Part shown: positions 10,784 through 20,721 of the stretch, piece after piece
How positions within the stretch are numbered: the stretch's first letter is position 1
Layout of the letters: each line of letters opens with the position of its first letter
NCBI GenBank assembly: GCA_947624015.1
Contig: CANQIA010000003.1
Span: 101,541 to 133,540, forward strand
Direction: 5' to 3'
Length of the DNA: 32,000 nt
From: an uncultured Clostridia bacterium
GTDB lineage: Bacteria; Bacillota; Clostridia; Lachnospirales; CAG-274
Program-made: the position numbers and the translations under genes
Notes under the pieces: generated by a model
The model's database searches: none
Told to the model about the DNA's origin: nothing
What the model saw: only the letters and a program-made list of their open reading frames with translations

Positions 10784-12100
10784 ATGAATATTATATTGCT
10801 ATCGGGAGGCTCAGGCAAAAGACTGTGGCCATTGTCAAACGATATACGTTCCAAGCAGTTCATAAAAATATTCAAAACAGATGACGGCACATATGAATCT
10901 ATGGTTCAACGAGTATATCGTCAGATAAAAAACATAGACAAAAATGCAAACATAACAATAGCAACCTCAAAAACACAGGTTTCGGCTATACATAATCAGC
11001 TTGGCGAAGATGTAGGCATATCTGTTGAGCCTGCAAGACGTGATACATTTCCGGCTATTGCTCTTGCGACGTCATATCTTTACGACGTGCGGGGAATCTC
11101 GGAAGATGAAGCTGTTGTTGTATGCCCTGTTGACCCTTATGTTGAGGATGATTACTTTAGGGCATTAAAAGCACTTTATGAACAGGCGAAAAAAGGCGAA
11201 GCCAATATTGTACTTATGGGTATAAAGCCTACATATCCAAGTGAAAAATATGGTTATATCATACCCGAAAGCAGCGACAGTATAAGCAAGGTTTCTACCT
11301 TTAAGGAAAAACCCGATGAAGCGACAGCCAAAAAGTATATAAACCAAGGAGCATTATGGAATGGCGGTGTGTTCGCATATAAGCTTAAATATGTGCTTGA
11401 CAAAGCCCATGAGCTTATAGATTTTACGGATTATGAGGATCTGTTTTCAAAGTACGATACTTTGGACAAAATAAGCTTTGACTATGCTGTTGCGGAGAAG
11501 GAAAAAATCATACAGGTAATGCGTTTTTCGGGACAGTGGAAGGACTTGGGTACCTGGAATACTTTAAGCGAGGCTATGGGCGAAAATACCGTTGGCAGCG
11601 CTATTATGAATGATAAATGCAATAACGTGCATATTATAAACGAGCTTGATGTACCTGTGCTTGCTATGGGTTTGAATGATGTTATTATATCAGCCAGTCC
11701 CGAAGGAATACTTGTATCCGATAAGGAACAGTCCAGTTATATCAAGCCCTATGTAGATGATATAGATCAGCAGATAATGTTTGCGGAAAAATCCTGGGGA
11801 AGTTTCAGAGTGCTTGATGTTGAGGAAGAAAGCCTTGCTATAAAGGTAACTCTTAACGCAGGCAATAGTATGAATTACCACAGTCATAGAAACAGAAACG
11901 AGGTTTGGGTAGTTATTTCGGGGGAAGGTCGTACAGTTGTAGACGGTATGGAGCAGGAGGTCAGCACAGGTGATGTTATAACAATGCAGGCAGGCTGTCG
12001 GCATACTGTTATTGCTACAACGGAGTTGAAGCTTATAGAAGTACAGTTGGGCAAGGAGATAAGTGTTCATGACAAGCAAAAATACCCACTTGAGCAATAA
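10784..12100 (+). CDS. manC: Mannose-1-phosphate guanylyltransferase with C-terminal cupin extension
   Basis: ILLSGGSGKRLWPLSN, WNGGVFAYK, and C-terminal NYHSHRNRNEVWVVISGEGRTVVDG cupin motif. The ORF track starts at 10778. Confidence 0.95.
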   Translation: MNIILLSGGSGKRLWPLSNDIRSKQFIKIFKTDDGTYESMVQRVYRQIKNIDKNANITIATSKTQVSAIHNQLGEDVGISVEPARRDTFPAIALATSYLYDVRGISEDEAVVVCPVDPYVEDDYFRALKALYEQAKKGEANIVLMGIKPTYPSEKYGYIIPESSDSISKVSTFKEKPDEATAKKYINQGALWNGGVFAYKLKYVLDKAHELIDFTDYEDLFSKYDTLDKISFDYAVAEKEKIIQVMRFSGQWKDLGTWNTLSEAMGENTVGSAIMNDKCNNVHIINELDVPVLAMGLNDVIISASPEGILVSDKEQSSYIKPYVDDIDQQIMFAEKSWGSFRVLDVEEESLAIKVTLNAGNSMNYHSHRNRNEVWVVISGEGRTVVDGMEQEVSTGDVITMQAGCRHTVIATTELKLIEVQLGKEISVHDKQKYPLEQ

Positions 12101-13076
12101 ACCATTTTTGCTTAAACCTGCAGGAAAAGACTATATATGGGGCGGTAGCAGATTAAACGATGATTTTGGCAAGGGAATACCTATGGAACCACTTGCCGAA
12201 ACATGGGAGTGTTCTACTCATCCCGATGGACCAAGCATTGCAATAAGTGGCGAATACAAGGGAATAACCTTAACACAAATTATTAAAGAGAATCCCGAAT
12301 ATTTGGGAACACATCCATCAACAAAAAATGAAATGCCAATACTTATAAAGCTTATAGATGCAAAAAAAGATCTGTCTGTACAAGTGCATCCCGATGATAA
12401 CTATGCAAGGAAAAATGAAAACGGACAGCTTGGCAAAACGGAAATGTGGTATGTTCTCGATGCGACAAAAGACGCAAAACTTATATATGGTTTAAAACAC
12501 GATACAACAGCCGACAAGCTAAGAAAAAGTATCGAAAACAGAACTATTGAAAAACATCTTCAAAAAATTTCCATAAAAAAGGACGATGTTTTTTATATAG
12601 AAGCAGGAACTATCCATGCAATAGGCGCAGGCGCTCTTATAGCGGAAATACAGGAAAATTCCAATATAACCTACAGGTTGTATGACTATGACCGCACAGA
12701 CAAAAGCGGAAATAAAAGGCAACTGCATATAAATAAGGCTCTTGAAGCTGCCAATTTAAAAAGCAGTAAAGAGCCTGTACAGCCAATGAGAGTGCTGAAA
12801 TATCGGCAAGGCTGCGCATCTGAATTATTGTGCAGATGTAAATATTTTGAGGTATACAGAATGCTTTTGAATACAGAGAGATGCAGAAAATATGTAGGAT
12901 ATCAGGCAGACAGCACCTCTTTCAGAGTTTTATTATGCATAAACGGATGCGGAACAATGCTTTTGGACAATAATGAGGTAATAAGCTTTTTTAAAGGAGA
13001 CTGTATATTTGTGCCTGCAGAGTCTGTAAAGATAAGGTTGCATGGTAAGGCGGAATTTTTAGATGTAAGGGGATAA
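12069..13076 (+). CDS. manA: Mannose-6-phosphate isomerase, class I
   Basis: LLKPAGKDYIWGGSRLND, LIDAKKDLSVQVHPDD, YIEAGTIHAIGAGALIAEIQENSNITYRLYDYDR. The start overlaps the manC 3' end. AAGGAG at 12053-12058 fits the ATG at 12069; a TTG at 12090 is an alternative. Confidence 0.93.
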   Translation: MTSKNTHLSNKPFLLKPAGKDYIWGGSRLNDDFGKGIPMEPLAETWECSTHPDGPSIAISGEYKGITLTQIIKENPEYLGTHPSTKNEMPILIKLIDAKKDLSVQVHPDDNYARKNENGQLGKTEMWYVLDATKDAKLIYGLKHDTTADKLRKSIENRTIEKHLQKISIKKDDVFYIEAGTIHAIGAGALIAEIQENSNITYRLYDYDRTDKSGNKRQLHINKALEAANLKSSKEPVQPMRVLKYRQGCASELLCRCKYFEVYRMLLNTERCRKYVGYQADSTSFRVLLCINGCGTMLLDNNEVISFFKGDCIFVPAESVKIRLHGKAEFLDVRG

Positions 13077-13082
13077 TTGTTT

Positions 13083-14255
13083 ATGAAAACTAAAGAATAT
13101 TTTTTACATTTGCTTTCATCATACATAAACAATAATCCACCTATGGAAGAAAACTCAATTGATTGGAATGAAATACTTTATCTTGCACAGATACATTCTG
13201 TACAGAGTATTATATATATAAGTATAAATAAACTAAAAAATAAACCTCCTATATATGATAAGCTAAAAGAATTGTTCTACATATCTGTAAATTTATCCAT
13301 AACACAGGATGTATTGATGAAAAATGTAATCGATGCCCTTACTGAAAATGGTATTGATCATATGCTTATGAAAGGCTACATATTGAAAAATTATTATCCT
13401 GATAAAGAAGCAAGAACTTTTGGAGATATTGATTTTCTTATAGATGAAAGGGATCGAGAGAAGTGCGATGCAGTTCTTAAAAATATAGGATTTGAATTTG
13501 TTGAGGAAGAATATGTCAAAGAAGTATGGGTATATAGAAAAAGACAAGTTACGCTTGAAGTTCACACAGAAATAATATACGAAAAGCTGTTTTTTGATAT
13601 TGACTACAGAAATTTTTTCCATGATAAAGTAAAAAATAAGCAGCTTATAGCAGATAATACCTATGAACTTAAAAAGGAAGATCATTTCATTTATTTGCTT
13701 GTTCATCTGGCGAAACATTTCTATAATGCAGGTGTGGGAATAAGAATGTTTATGGATATAGCTGTTATGCTAAACAAATTTGGCAAAGAGCTTGACTGTA
13801 AATATATTTATACTGAAATTGAAAAGCTTAGACTTACAAAGTTTGCAAATATAGTTTATTTTATATGCAAAAAATATTTTAATTCCAATATTGATTGCCG
13901 TGATATAACTAGAAATGAAGAAAATATAATTATGGCGTATATACTAGATCATGGAATTTTTGGATTTGAAAATAAAGATTACTTTGATATTCTATATCAT
14001 AAAAATGATGATAGCAAATTATCTACTATAAGAAAAAGACTTTTTCCGGATTATGAATACATGAAAGGGCACAATAAGTGGTTTTATAATGGTAAACGGA
14101 TAATGCTTCCATATGCATGGAGCAGACGTTTACTTGGACATCTACTCAAAAAGAATAAGAGGAAAGAAATAATAGATAAATTGAACGTCGCCATAAAGTG
14201 TGGTAATGATTTTCAAAAACATAATAACATACTGAATATGGTTGGGTTAAAATAA
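13083..14255 (+). CDS. Uncharacterised nucleotidyltransferase family protein (PF14907-like), paralog 1
   Basis: LMKGYILKNYYPDKEARTFGDIDFLIDE (GD-x-D nucleotidyltransferase active-site pattern), VTLEVHTEIIYEKLFFD, HFIYLLVHLAKHFYNAGVGIRMFMDIAV. Confidence 0.8.
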   Translation: MKTKEYFLHLLSSYINNNPPMEENSIDWNEILYLAQIHSVQSIIYISINKLKNKPPIYDKLKELFYISVNLSITQDVLMKNVIDALTENGIDHMLMKGYILKNYYPDKEARTFGDIDFLIDERDREKCDAVLKNIGFEFVEEEYVKEVWVYRKRQVTLEVHTEIIYEKLFFDIDYRNFFHDKVKNKQLIADNTYELKKEDHFIYLLVHLAKHFYNAGVGIRMFMDIAVMLNKFGKELDCKYIYTEIEKLRLTKFANIVYFICKKYFNSNIDCRDITRNEENIIMAYILDHGIFGFENKDYFDILYHKNDDSKLSTIRKRLFPDYEYMKGHNKWFYNGKRIMLPYAWSRRLLGHLLKKNKRKEIIDKLNVAIKCGNDFQKHNNILNMVGLK

Positions 14256-14280
14256 GAAATATGTTTAATGAGGTGATGAT

Positions 14281-15402
14281 TTGAAAGTATTGTTTTTAAC
14301 AAACTATCCATCTCCATATAAAGTAGATTTTTTTAATGAATTAGGGAAAAAATGCGATTTGACAGTTACATTTGAAGAAACTCCGGAAGAACAAACACAC
14401 AGAAATAAAAATTGGTTTCATACAAATTATGATAATTTCAATGCCATTTTTTTAAACAAAATAAGATTAGGGAAACCACATAAACAGATAGCATATGGAA
14501 TATTTAAATATTTAAATGATGATTTTGATTATATTATCGTTGGTGTGTATTCTACAATAACATCCATTATGGCAATTTTATACATGAAGTTAAAAAGAAT
14601 ACGATTCATAATTGAAAGTGATGGAGGCATACCTAAAAATAAAAAAAATATCACTGAAAAATTCAAAAAATTTTTGATATCTTCTGCATATGCATGGTTT
14701 AGCCCAAGCGGAGAAACAGATAAATATTTAATTACTTATGGAGCACAAAAGTATAATATAATCCGATATCCATTTACTACTTTGCACAAAAATGATATTT
14801 TAAAAAATTTACCCGATAAGACATATGTAAATCAATGCAGACAAAAGATAAAACTGACAAAGAAATATGCAATTGTTACTATAGGACAATTTATACATAG
14901 AAAGGGATTTGATATTCTAATTGAAGCTATATCAAAAATGCGCAATAAAGATTGTGCTTTTTATATTATTGGTGGAAAACCAACGCAGGAATATTCCGAG
15001 CTTATTCAAAAATTAAATTTATATGATATTTATTTTATTGATTTTATGGAACAAGAAAAATTAAAGGATTATTTTATTGCGGCAGATATTTTTGTGTTAC
15101 CTACACGAGAAGATATTTGGGGATTGGTAATAAATGAGGCAATGGCATTTGGATTGCCTGTTATAACTACTAATAGATGTGTTGCAGGCTTAGAAATGAT
15201 AAAAAGCCATAGAGATATATGTCTTATTAATATTAATGATGCCGAAATGCTTGCACAATCTATGGATACGTTGCTTATTGATGATAGTTTAAGAATATCT
15301 TTAGCTATGGAAAATCTGAAAATATCCCTTAATTATACCATAGAAAGAATGGCAGATTCTCATATTGATTATTTTAAAGCTCATAGTCATTCTGTAAATT
15401 AG
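14281..15402 (+). CDS. Glycosyltransferase family 4-like
   Basis: MKVLFLTNYPSPYKVDFFNELGKKCDLTVTFEE, IGQFIHRKGFDILIEAISKM, PTREDIWGLVINEAMAFGLPVITTNRC. TTG start. Confidence 0.88.
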   Translation: MKVLFLTNYPSPYKVDFFNELGKKCDLTVTFEETPEEQTHRNKNWFHTNYDNFNAIFLNKIRLGKPHKQIAYGIFKYLNDDFDYIIVGVYSTITSIMAILYMKLKRIRFIIESDGGIPKNKKNITEKFKKFLISSAYAWFSPSGETDKYLITYGAQKYNIIRYPFTTLHKNDILKNLPDKTYVNQCRQKIKLTKKYAIVTIGQFIHRKGFDILIEAISKMRNKDCAFYIIGGKPTQEYSELIQKLNLYDIYFIDFMEQEKLKDYFIAADIFVLPTREDIWGLVINEAMAFGLPVITTNRCVAGLEMIKSHRDICLININDAEMLAQSMDTLLIDDSLRISLAMENLKISLNYTIERMADSHIDYFKAHSHSVN

Positions 15403-15448
15403 CTTTATTTAATGCCAATATAATATAATTCATTAAGGAGGGAATAAA

Positions 15449-16492
15449 GTGAGTAATATAAAAAGGAATTCAGGTATAGAATTGCTTAGAATTATCTGCG
15501 TTATCTTGATTATTTGTCATCACTATTCTTTCCATGGGGGCTTCCTTCAATTTTCTTACGATGATATTGGCTTAAATATAATTTTTATTCAAATGTTAAA
15601 TATGTTTGGAAAGGCTTCTTGTTCTGTGTTTGCATTAATATCAGGATATTTTTTGATCAATGCAAAGAATGACATTAATTACTATAAGAAAATTGTTAAT
15701 TTAATATTTGAAATGTTCTTTTATTCGGTATTGATATTATTTATCGCTTTATTAACAAGAGCCGTTCCTATATCCGGAGTAGCTGTTGTTAAGGCTCTTT
15801 TTCCTATATTTTGGGGCAATTGGTATGTTATTTTTTATATAATTCTTTATTTAATTGTACCTTTTATAAATCCGGGACTCAAAGCTATGAATAAGAAAGA
15901 ATATACACTATTTTTAATGCTTTTATTATTTATATGGTGTATTGTTCCAACATTTACAGGTACAGCTTAGGAAATGTGTTCAATGGATTTCTTTATAGTT
16001 ATGTATCTTATTGGCGCATATATAAGATTATATATAAAAAGTATTTATAGTAATAGAAGAAAAATATTTTTGTGTTTGGTTTTGTCAACCCTTATAATGC
16101 TTTTAACCGTTCCCGTAATTGATTTTATTGGAAAAATATTAAAAGCAAACGTTATAATAAACCATGCAACATATTTTATGAAATATAATTCTATTATTTC
16201 TGTGGTGTGGGCAGTATCTGTATTTTTGTTCTTTTGTACTTTAAAATTCAAAAGCAATATAGTAAATTATATTGCAGGGTCAGTACTTGGAATATATCTT
16301 ATACATGACAATTTTATTTTAAGACAATATATATGGCAAGTAATTTACCCTAACAGTAATTATATAGAATTTCCATATATCCATGCTGCGACAAAAATAT
16401 TCTCGGTATTTGCTATATGTCTTATTATAGATATACTTAGAAGAATAACTATAGAAAAAGTATTCAATAGCTGTTTAAGAAATTTATTTTAA
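15449..16492 (+). pseudogene. Acyltransferase family 3 (O-acetyltransferase-like) interrupted by an in-frame TAG at 15968-15970
   Basis: ORFs 15449-15970 and 15974-16492 are in the same frame, with only TAG-GAA between the last sense codon and the next ATG. N-half GIELLRIICVILIICHHYSFHGG is the Acyl_transf_3 start. The C-half continues the TM pattern (FFIVMYLIGAYIRLY). Confidence 0.75.
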
Positions 16493-16644
16493 CTAAATTT
16501 CTTTAGTGTTGAAGTAAAGCATTCACATATCTTCTTACAAATAATTTAATTAAAAATTTGATTTAGTATATATAGGGATCAATATTATTACATATAAGAA
16601 AATAATTTTGTTCAAATTGGATATGTGTAAATTAAAACATATTC

Positions 16645-17547
16645 ATGAGCAGTTATAAAGAAAAATTATTTTTACGGTTTTATGGATTGCAAACAAATGT
16701 AACCGATTTCCCGAATTTATTTGAAAATTTATATGGAGATTCGAGCATGAAAAAAATAACATCTGAAGAAATGAAAGCCTTACAAGTCAATATACTTATT
16801 GATTTTGCAAAATTTTGTGATAAAAACAATCTGCATTATACATTAGGATACGGAACACTTTTAGGAGCTATAAGGCATAAAGGCTTCATACCGTGGGATG
16901 ATGATATTGATGTATTTATGCCACGACCTGACTACGAAAAGTTTATTAATATAATACGGGGAAATAAAATTTCTCCTTTTATAGATGTTATCTCATATAA
17001 ATTTGGCAATAGCACATACCCATTTATAAAACTTATAGATAATCGTACAGAAGTAGAAGAAAAATTTGTAAAGGATGTAAGAATTGGTGTATGGATTGAT
17101 ATATTTGCTATTGATGGAAATTTTAATAATAGTTTTCTTAGTATGCTCCATTACAAAACAGCAGCGCTCATAAGAAAAGTAGTTGAAATCAAAAGAAATA
17201 ATTTTGGCTCGGGAACAACAACGACAAAGAGAATTTTAAAAAGCTTTATATATCCTTTTACTATATTCTTTTCTTTTGATTTTTTATTAAAAACAATGGA
17301 TAGAGTATGTTGTTTAAGAAAATATGATAAAAGTAATTATATAGGATGCGTTGTTTGGGGATATGGCAGCAGAGGGCGAATTGAGAAGAAAGGTTTTTTT
17401 GAATGCATAGATGTGGAATTTGAAGGACATATTTTTAAAGTCACATCAAATTATGACAAATATTTAAAAAATATATACGGAAACTATATGCAGCTTCCAC
17501 CTGAGAATAAACGTATTAAACACAATTATGAAGCTTGGTGGAAATAA
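16645..17547 (+). CDS. LicD-family protein (phosphocholine/phospho-substituent transferase-like)
   Basis: LHYTLGYGTLLGAIRHKGFIPWDDDIDVFMPRPDYEKF is the canonical LicD signature. Confidence 0.9.
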   Translation: MSSYKEKLFLRFYGLQTNVTDFPNLFENLYGDSSMKKITSEEMKALQVNILIDFAKFCDKNNLHYTLGYGTLLGAIRHKGFIPWDDDIDVFMPRPDYEKFINIIRGNKISPFIDVISYKFGNSTYPFIKLIDNRTEVEEKFVKDVRIGVWIDIFAIDGNFNNSFLSMLHYKTAALIRKVVEIKRNNFGSGTTTTKRILKSFIYPFTIFFSFDFLLKTMDRVCCLRKYDKSNYIGCVVWGYGSRGRIEKKGFFECIDVEFEGHIFKVTSNYDKYLKNIYGNYMQLPPENKRIKHNYEAWWK

Positions 17548-17571
17548 AATATAGCGTAAAGGAGTAAACCA

Positions 17572-19581
17572 ATGAAAGCATTAATATTAAACTCAGGCTT
17601 AGGTAGTCGCATGGGAGTCCTTACCTCAGAGCATCCCAAATGCATGACCGAGATTTCAAGCAGAGAAACGATTTTAAGCAGACAGCTTAAACAGCTTGCA
17701 GACGCAGGTATAAACGAAGTGATAATGACAACGGGACTTTTTGACGGTGTTCTTGTGGACTACTGCCACAGTCTTGACCTGCCTTTACATATCACATTCA
17801 TTAAAAATCCAAAATACAAGGCAACAAACTATATTTATTCCATTTACTGTGCAAAGGATCATCTTGACGATGACATTGTTCTTATGCACGGTGATATTGT
17901 ATTTGAGAATGAAGTTTTTGACAAGCTTATTGCCTGTGAAGAAAGCTGTATGGTTGTAAGCTCTACCCTTTCACTTCCCGAAAAGGATTTTAAAGCCGTT
18001 ATACAGAATGGTCTTATCAAAAAAATAGGTATTGAGTTCTTTAATGAGGCTATGGCTGCACAGCCCTTATATAAGCTGAATAAAGAGGATTGGAAGGTAT
18101 GGCTTGACAGTATTGTTTCCTACTGTGAAAGCGGTAAGACTGACTGCTATGCTGAAAATGCCTTTAACGATGTTTCAGGTAAATGCAAGTTATTCCCTCT
18201 TGATGTTAAAAATATGCTCTGTAATGAGATAGACAACCCGGAGGACTTGGCTGTCGTATCATCAAGGCTTAAAGAAATAGAAAACAGGACTGTGTATATG
18301 TGCTTTTCAACAGACATCATACACAGCGGTCACATTGATATAATCAAAAAGGCTGAAAGGCTTGGCAAGCTAATTATAGGCGTTTTATCCGATAAAGCTA
18401 TATCAAGCTACAAGAGATTTCCCCTTCTTCCCTTTGAGGAAAGAAAAACTATGTTCAAAAATATAGCAGGGGTTTACGATGTTGTGGAACAGAAAAATCT
18501 CAGCTATAAGGAAAATCTCGAAAAATATCAGCCCGATTATGTAGTGCATGGTGATGACTGGGTATCAGGTTTTCAGAAGCCTATAAGAGATGAGGTCGTA
18601 TCAATACTTGCTTCCTATGGCGGAATACTTGTAGAGTATCCCTATTCCAACGATGAAAAATACAAGGCTCTCGACGACAGAGCAAGAGCTGACTTATCTC
18701 TGCCCGATATAAGACGTGCAAGGCTTAAAAAAGCTCTTGATATGAAGGGGACTATTACGGCTATGGAGGCTCACAGTGGTATAACAGGACTTATAGTTGA
18801 AAAAACAAAGGTATACCAGAATGGCGAAACACACGAATTTGACGCTATGTGGATAAGCTCTCTCTGTGATTCTACGGCAAAGGGAAAACCCGATATCGAG
18901 CTTGTAGATATGACATCCCGTTTCCGTACCATTGACGACATCATGGAGGTCACTACAAAACCTATCATATTTGACGGAGATACAGGCGGACTTACGGAGC
19001 ACTTTGTATACACGGTAAAGAGCCTTGAGCGTATGGGCGTTTCAATGGTAATAATAGAGGACAAGACAGGTCTTAAAAAGAACTCCCTCTTTGGTACGGA
19101 AGTTGAACAGACTCAGGACAGTATAGAAAACTTCAGCGCTAAAATAGCCGCAGGCAAGAAAGCTCAGAAAACAAAGGACTTTATGATATGCGCCCGTATT
19201 GAGAGCCTTATACTTGAAAGAGGTATGGAGGACGCATTGGAAAGAGCCTTTGCATTTACCGTGGCGGGAGCAGACGCCATTATGATACACAGCAGGAAAA
19301 AGGACCCTGCTGAGATATTTGAATTTGTTGAAAAATTCAGAGAAAAGGACAAGACTACACCTATCGTTGTTGTCCCCACTTCCTTCAATACGGTTACGGA
19401 GGAGGAGTTCAAAGAACACGGTGTAAACATAATCATATATGCAAATCAGCTTACAAGGACAGGCTTCCCCGCTATGCAGAATGCAGCTAGGACTATACTT
19501 GAAAATCACAGGGCTAAGGAATGTGATGATATGTGTATGTCAATAAAGGACATAATAACGCTTATTCCCGAAGAAGGCTGA
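17572..19581 (+). CDS. pepM: Three-domain fusion: N-terminal LicC/sugar-nucleotidyltransferase-like (aa ~1-235), HxGH cytidylyltransferase (aa ~240-372), C-terminal phosphoenolpyruvate mutase (aa ~380-669)
   Basis: MKALILNSGLGSRMGVLTSEHPKCM (NTP transferase loop), VYMCFSTDIIHSGHIDIIKKAE (H251-x-G-H254), and DSTAKGKPDIELVD ... IIEDKTGLKKNS (EDKxxxxxNS PEP mutase signature, E496-D497-K498). Confidence 0.92.
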   Translation: MKALILNSGLGSRMGVLTSEHPKCMTEISSRETILSRQLKQLADAGINEVIMTTGLFDGVLVDYCHSLDLPLHITFIKNPKYKATNYIYSIYCAKDHLDDDIVLMHGDIVFENEVFDKLIACEESCMVVSSTLSLPEKDFKAVIQNGLIKKIGIEFFNEAMAAQPLYKLNKEDWKVWLDSIVSYCESGKTDCYAENAFNDVSGKCKLFPLDVKNMLCNEIDNPEDLAVVSSRLKEIENRTVYMCFSTDIIHSGHIDIIKKAERLGKLIIGVLSDKAISSYKRFPLLPFEERKTMFKNIAGVYDVVEQKNLSYKENLEKYQPDYVVHGDDWVSGFQKPIRDEVVSILASYGGILVEYPYSNDEKYKALDDRARADLSLPDIRRARLKKALDMKGTITAMEAHSGITGLIVEKTKVYQNGETHEFDAMWISSLCDSTAKGKPDIELVDMTSRFRTIDDIMEVTTKPIIFDGDTGGLTEHFVYTVKSLERMGVSMVIIEDKTGLKKNSLFGTEVEQTQDSIENFSAKIAAGKKAQKTKDFMICARIESLILERGMEDALERAFAFTVAGADAIMIHSRKKDPAEIFEFVEKFREKDKTTPIVVVPTSFNTVTEEEFKEHGVNIIIYANQLTRTGFPAMQNAARTILENHRAKECDDMCMSIKDIITLIPEEG

Positions 19582-19593
19582 CAAGGAGAAAAT

Positions 19594-20706
19594 ATGAGTG
19601 AGCAGATCATTATAAGGACAGACGGAAACTATGATGAATTGAATACATATCTTGAAAACAAGGGTATTAAGAGGATATTTCTTGTATGTGACAGCTCAAT
19701 AGGCTTTCTCGGAATAAACAGCTTTTTTGAAAGCCTTAAAAATATCTATGTTACAAGATTCAGTGACTTTGAGCCAAATCCATTGTATGAGTCTATTGTT
19801 AAGGGTGTTGACGCATTTAACAAAGAAAAATGCAATTGTATCATAGCTGTAGGCGGCGGAAGCGCAATAGATGTTGCCAAGTGCATAAAGCTATATTCTC
19901 CTATGGATAAAAGCAAAAATTATCTGGAACAGAAAATAGTACCCAATGACATACCGTTTATAGCTGTTCCCACGACTGCCGGAACAGGCAGCGAAGCAAC
20001 AAGGTTTGCCGTTATATATTACAAGGGAGAAAAGCAGTCTGTAACGGATATAAGCTGTATTCCCGATGCAGTTCTTATGGATAGTTCCGTACTTGACACA
20101 CTGCCAATATATCAAAGAAAAGCCACAATGCTTGACGCTCTCTGTCATTCCGTAGAATCCTTTTGGTCTGTAAATTCAAATGACGAAAGCAAGGAATATT
20201 CCAAGAAAGCTCTTGAAATGATCATAGGAAATATGGACTCATATCTGACGAATGACAAAGACGGCAATACAGCCATGATGGAGGCGGCGCACCTTGCAGG
20301 CAAGGCTATAAATATAACCCAGACAACGGCAGCACATGCTATGTGCTATAAGCTTACAAGTCTTTATAAAATAGCCCATGGTCACGCTGCGGCATTGTGC
20401 TTGCCTGTACTGTGGGAATATATGCTAAGCAACATGGATAAATGTATTGACAGCAGAGGCAAGGTCTATCTTAAAGCTGTTTTTGACGATATTGCCAAGG
20501 TTTTGGGCTGTGATACACCGATAAAGGCTGTGGAAAAGCTTAAAGCAATAATAAACAGCTTGGAATTGCCGATACCAACAGCAGATGAAAAGGACTTTGA
20601 AATATTAAGAACGTCCGTAAATCCCATTAGGCTAAAAAATAATCCTATTGCATTGGATACCGATGCCATTGACGAAATATATCACAGAATACTTAATACG
20701 AAATAA
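19594..20706 (+). CDS. Iron-containing alcohol dehydrogenase, probable phosphonoacetaldehyde reductase
   Basis: IIAVGGGSAIDVAKCIK, AVPTTAGTGSEATRFAV, HAMCYKLTSLYKIAHGHAAALC. Adjacent to pepM and ppd. The PhpC-like role is inferred from context. Confidence 0.85.
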   Translation: MSEQIIIRTDGNYDELNTYLENKGIKRIFLVCDSSIGFLGINSFFESLKNIYVTRFSDFEPNPLYESIVKGVDAFNKEKCNCIIAVGGGSAIDVAKCIKLYSPMDKSKNYLEQKIVPNDIPFIAVPTTAGTGSEATRFAVIYYKGEKQSVTDISCIPDAVLMDSSVLDTLPIYQRKATMLDALCHSVESFWSVNSNDESKEYSKKALEMIIGNMDSYLTNDKDGNTAMMEAAHLAGKAINITQTTAAHAMCYKLTSLYKIAHGHAAALCLPVLWEYMLSNMDKCIDSRGKVYLKAVFDDIAKVLGCDTPIKAVEKLKAIINSLELPIPTADEKDFEILRTSVNPIRLKNNPIALDTDAIDEIYHRILNTK

Positions 20707-20721
20707 TCGGAGGAGTTGTAT

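Noticed and set aside
15974-16492. Independent small membrane protein gene
   Set aside because: It is in the same frame as the preceding ORF and continues the acyltransferase-3 TM pattern. It is better explained as the second half of an interrupted gene.
16493-16644. Possible small RNA or attenuator before licD
   Set aside because: The sequence is AT-rich, but no stable inverted repeat followed by a T-run could be supported by inspection.
18694-19509. Minus-strand ORFs opposite the PEP mutase domain
   Set aside because: These are shadows of a confidently assigned coding frame with no family resemblance.
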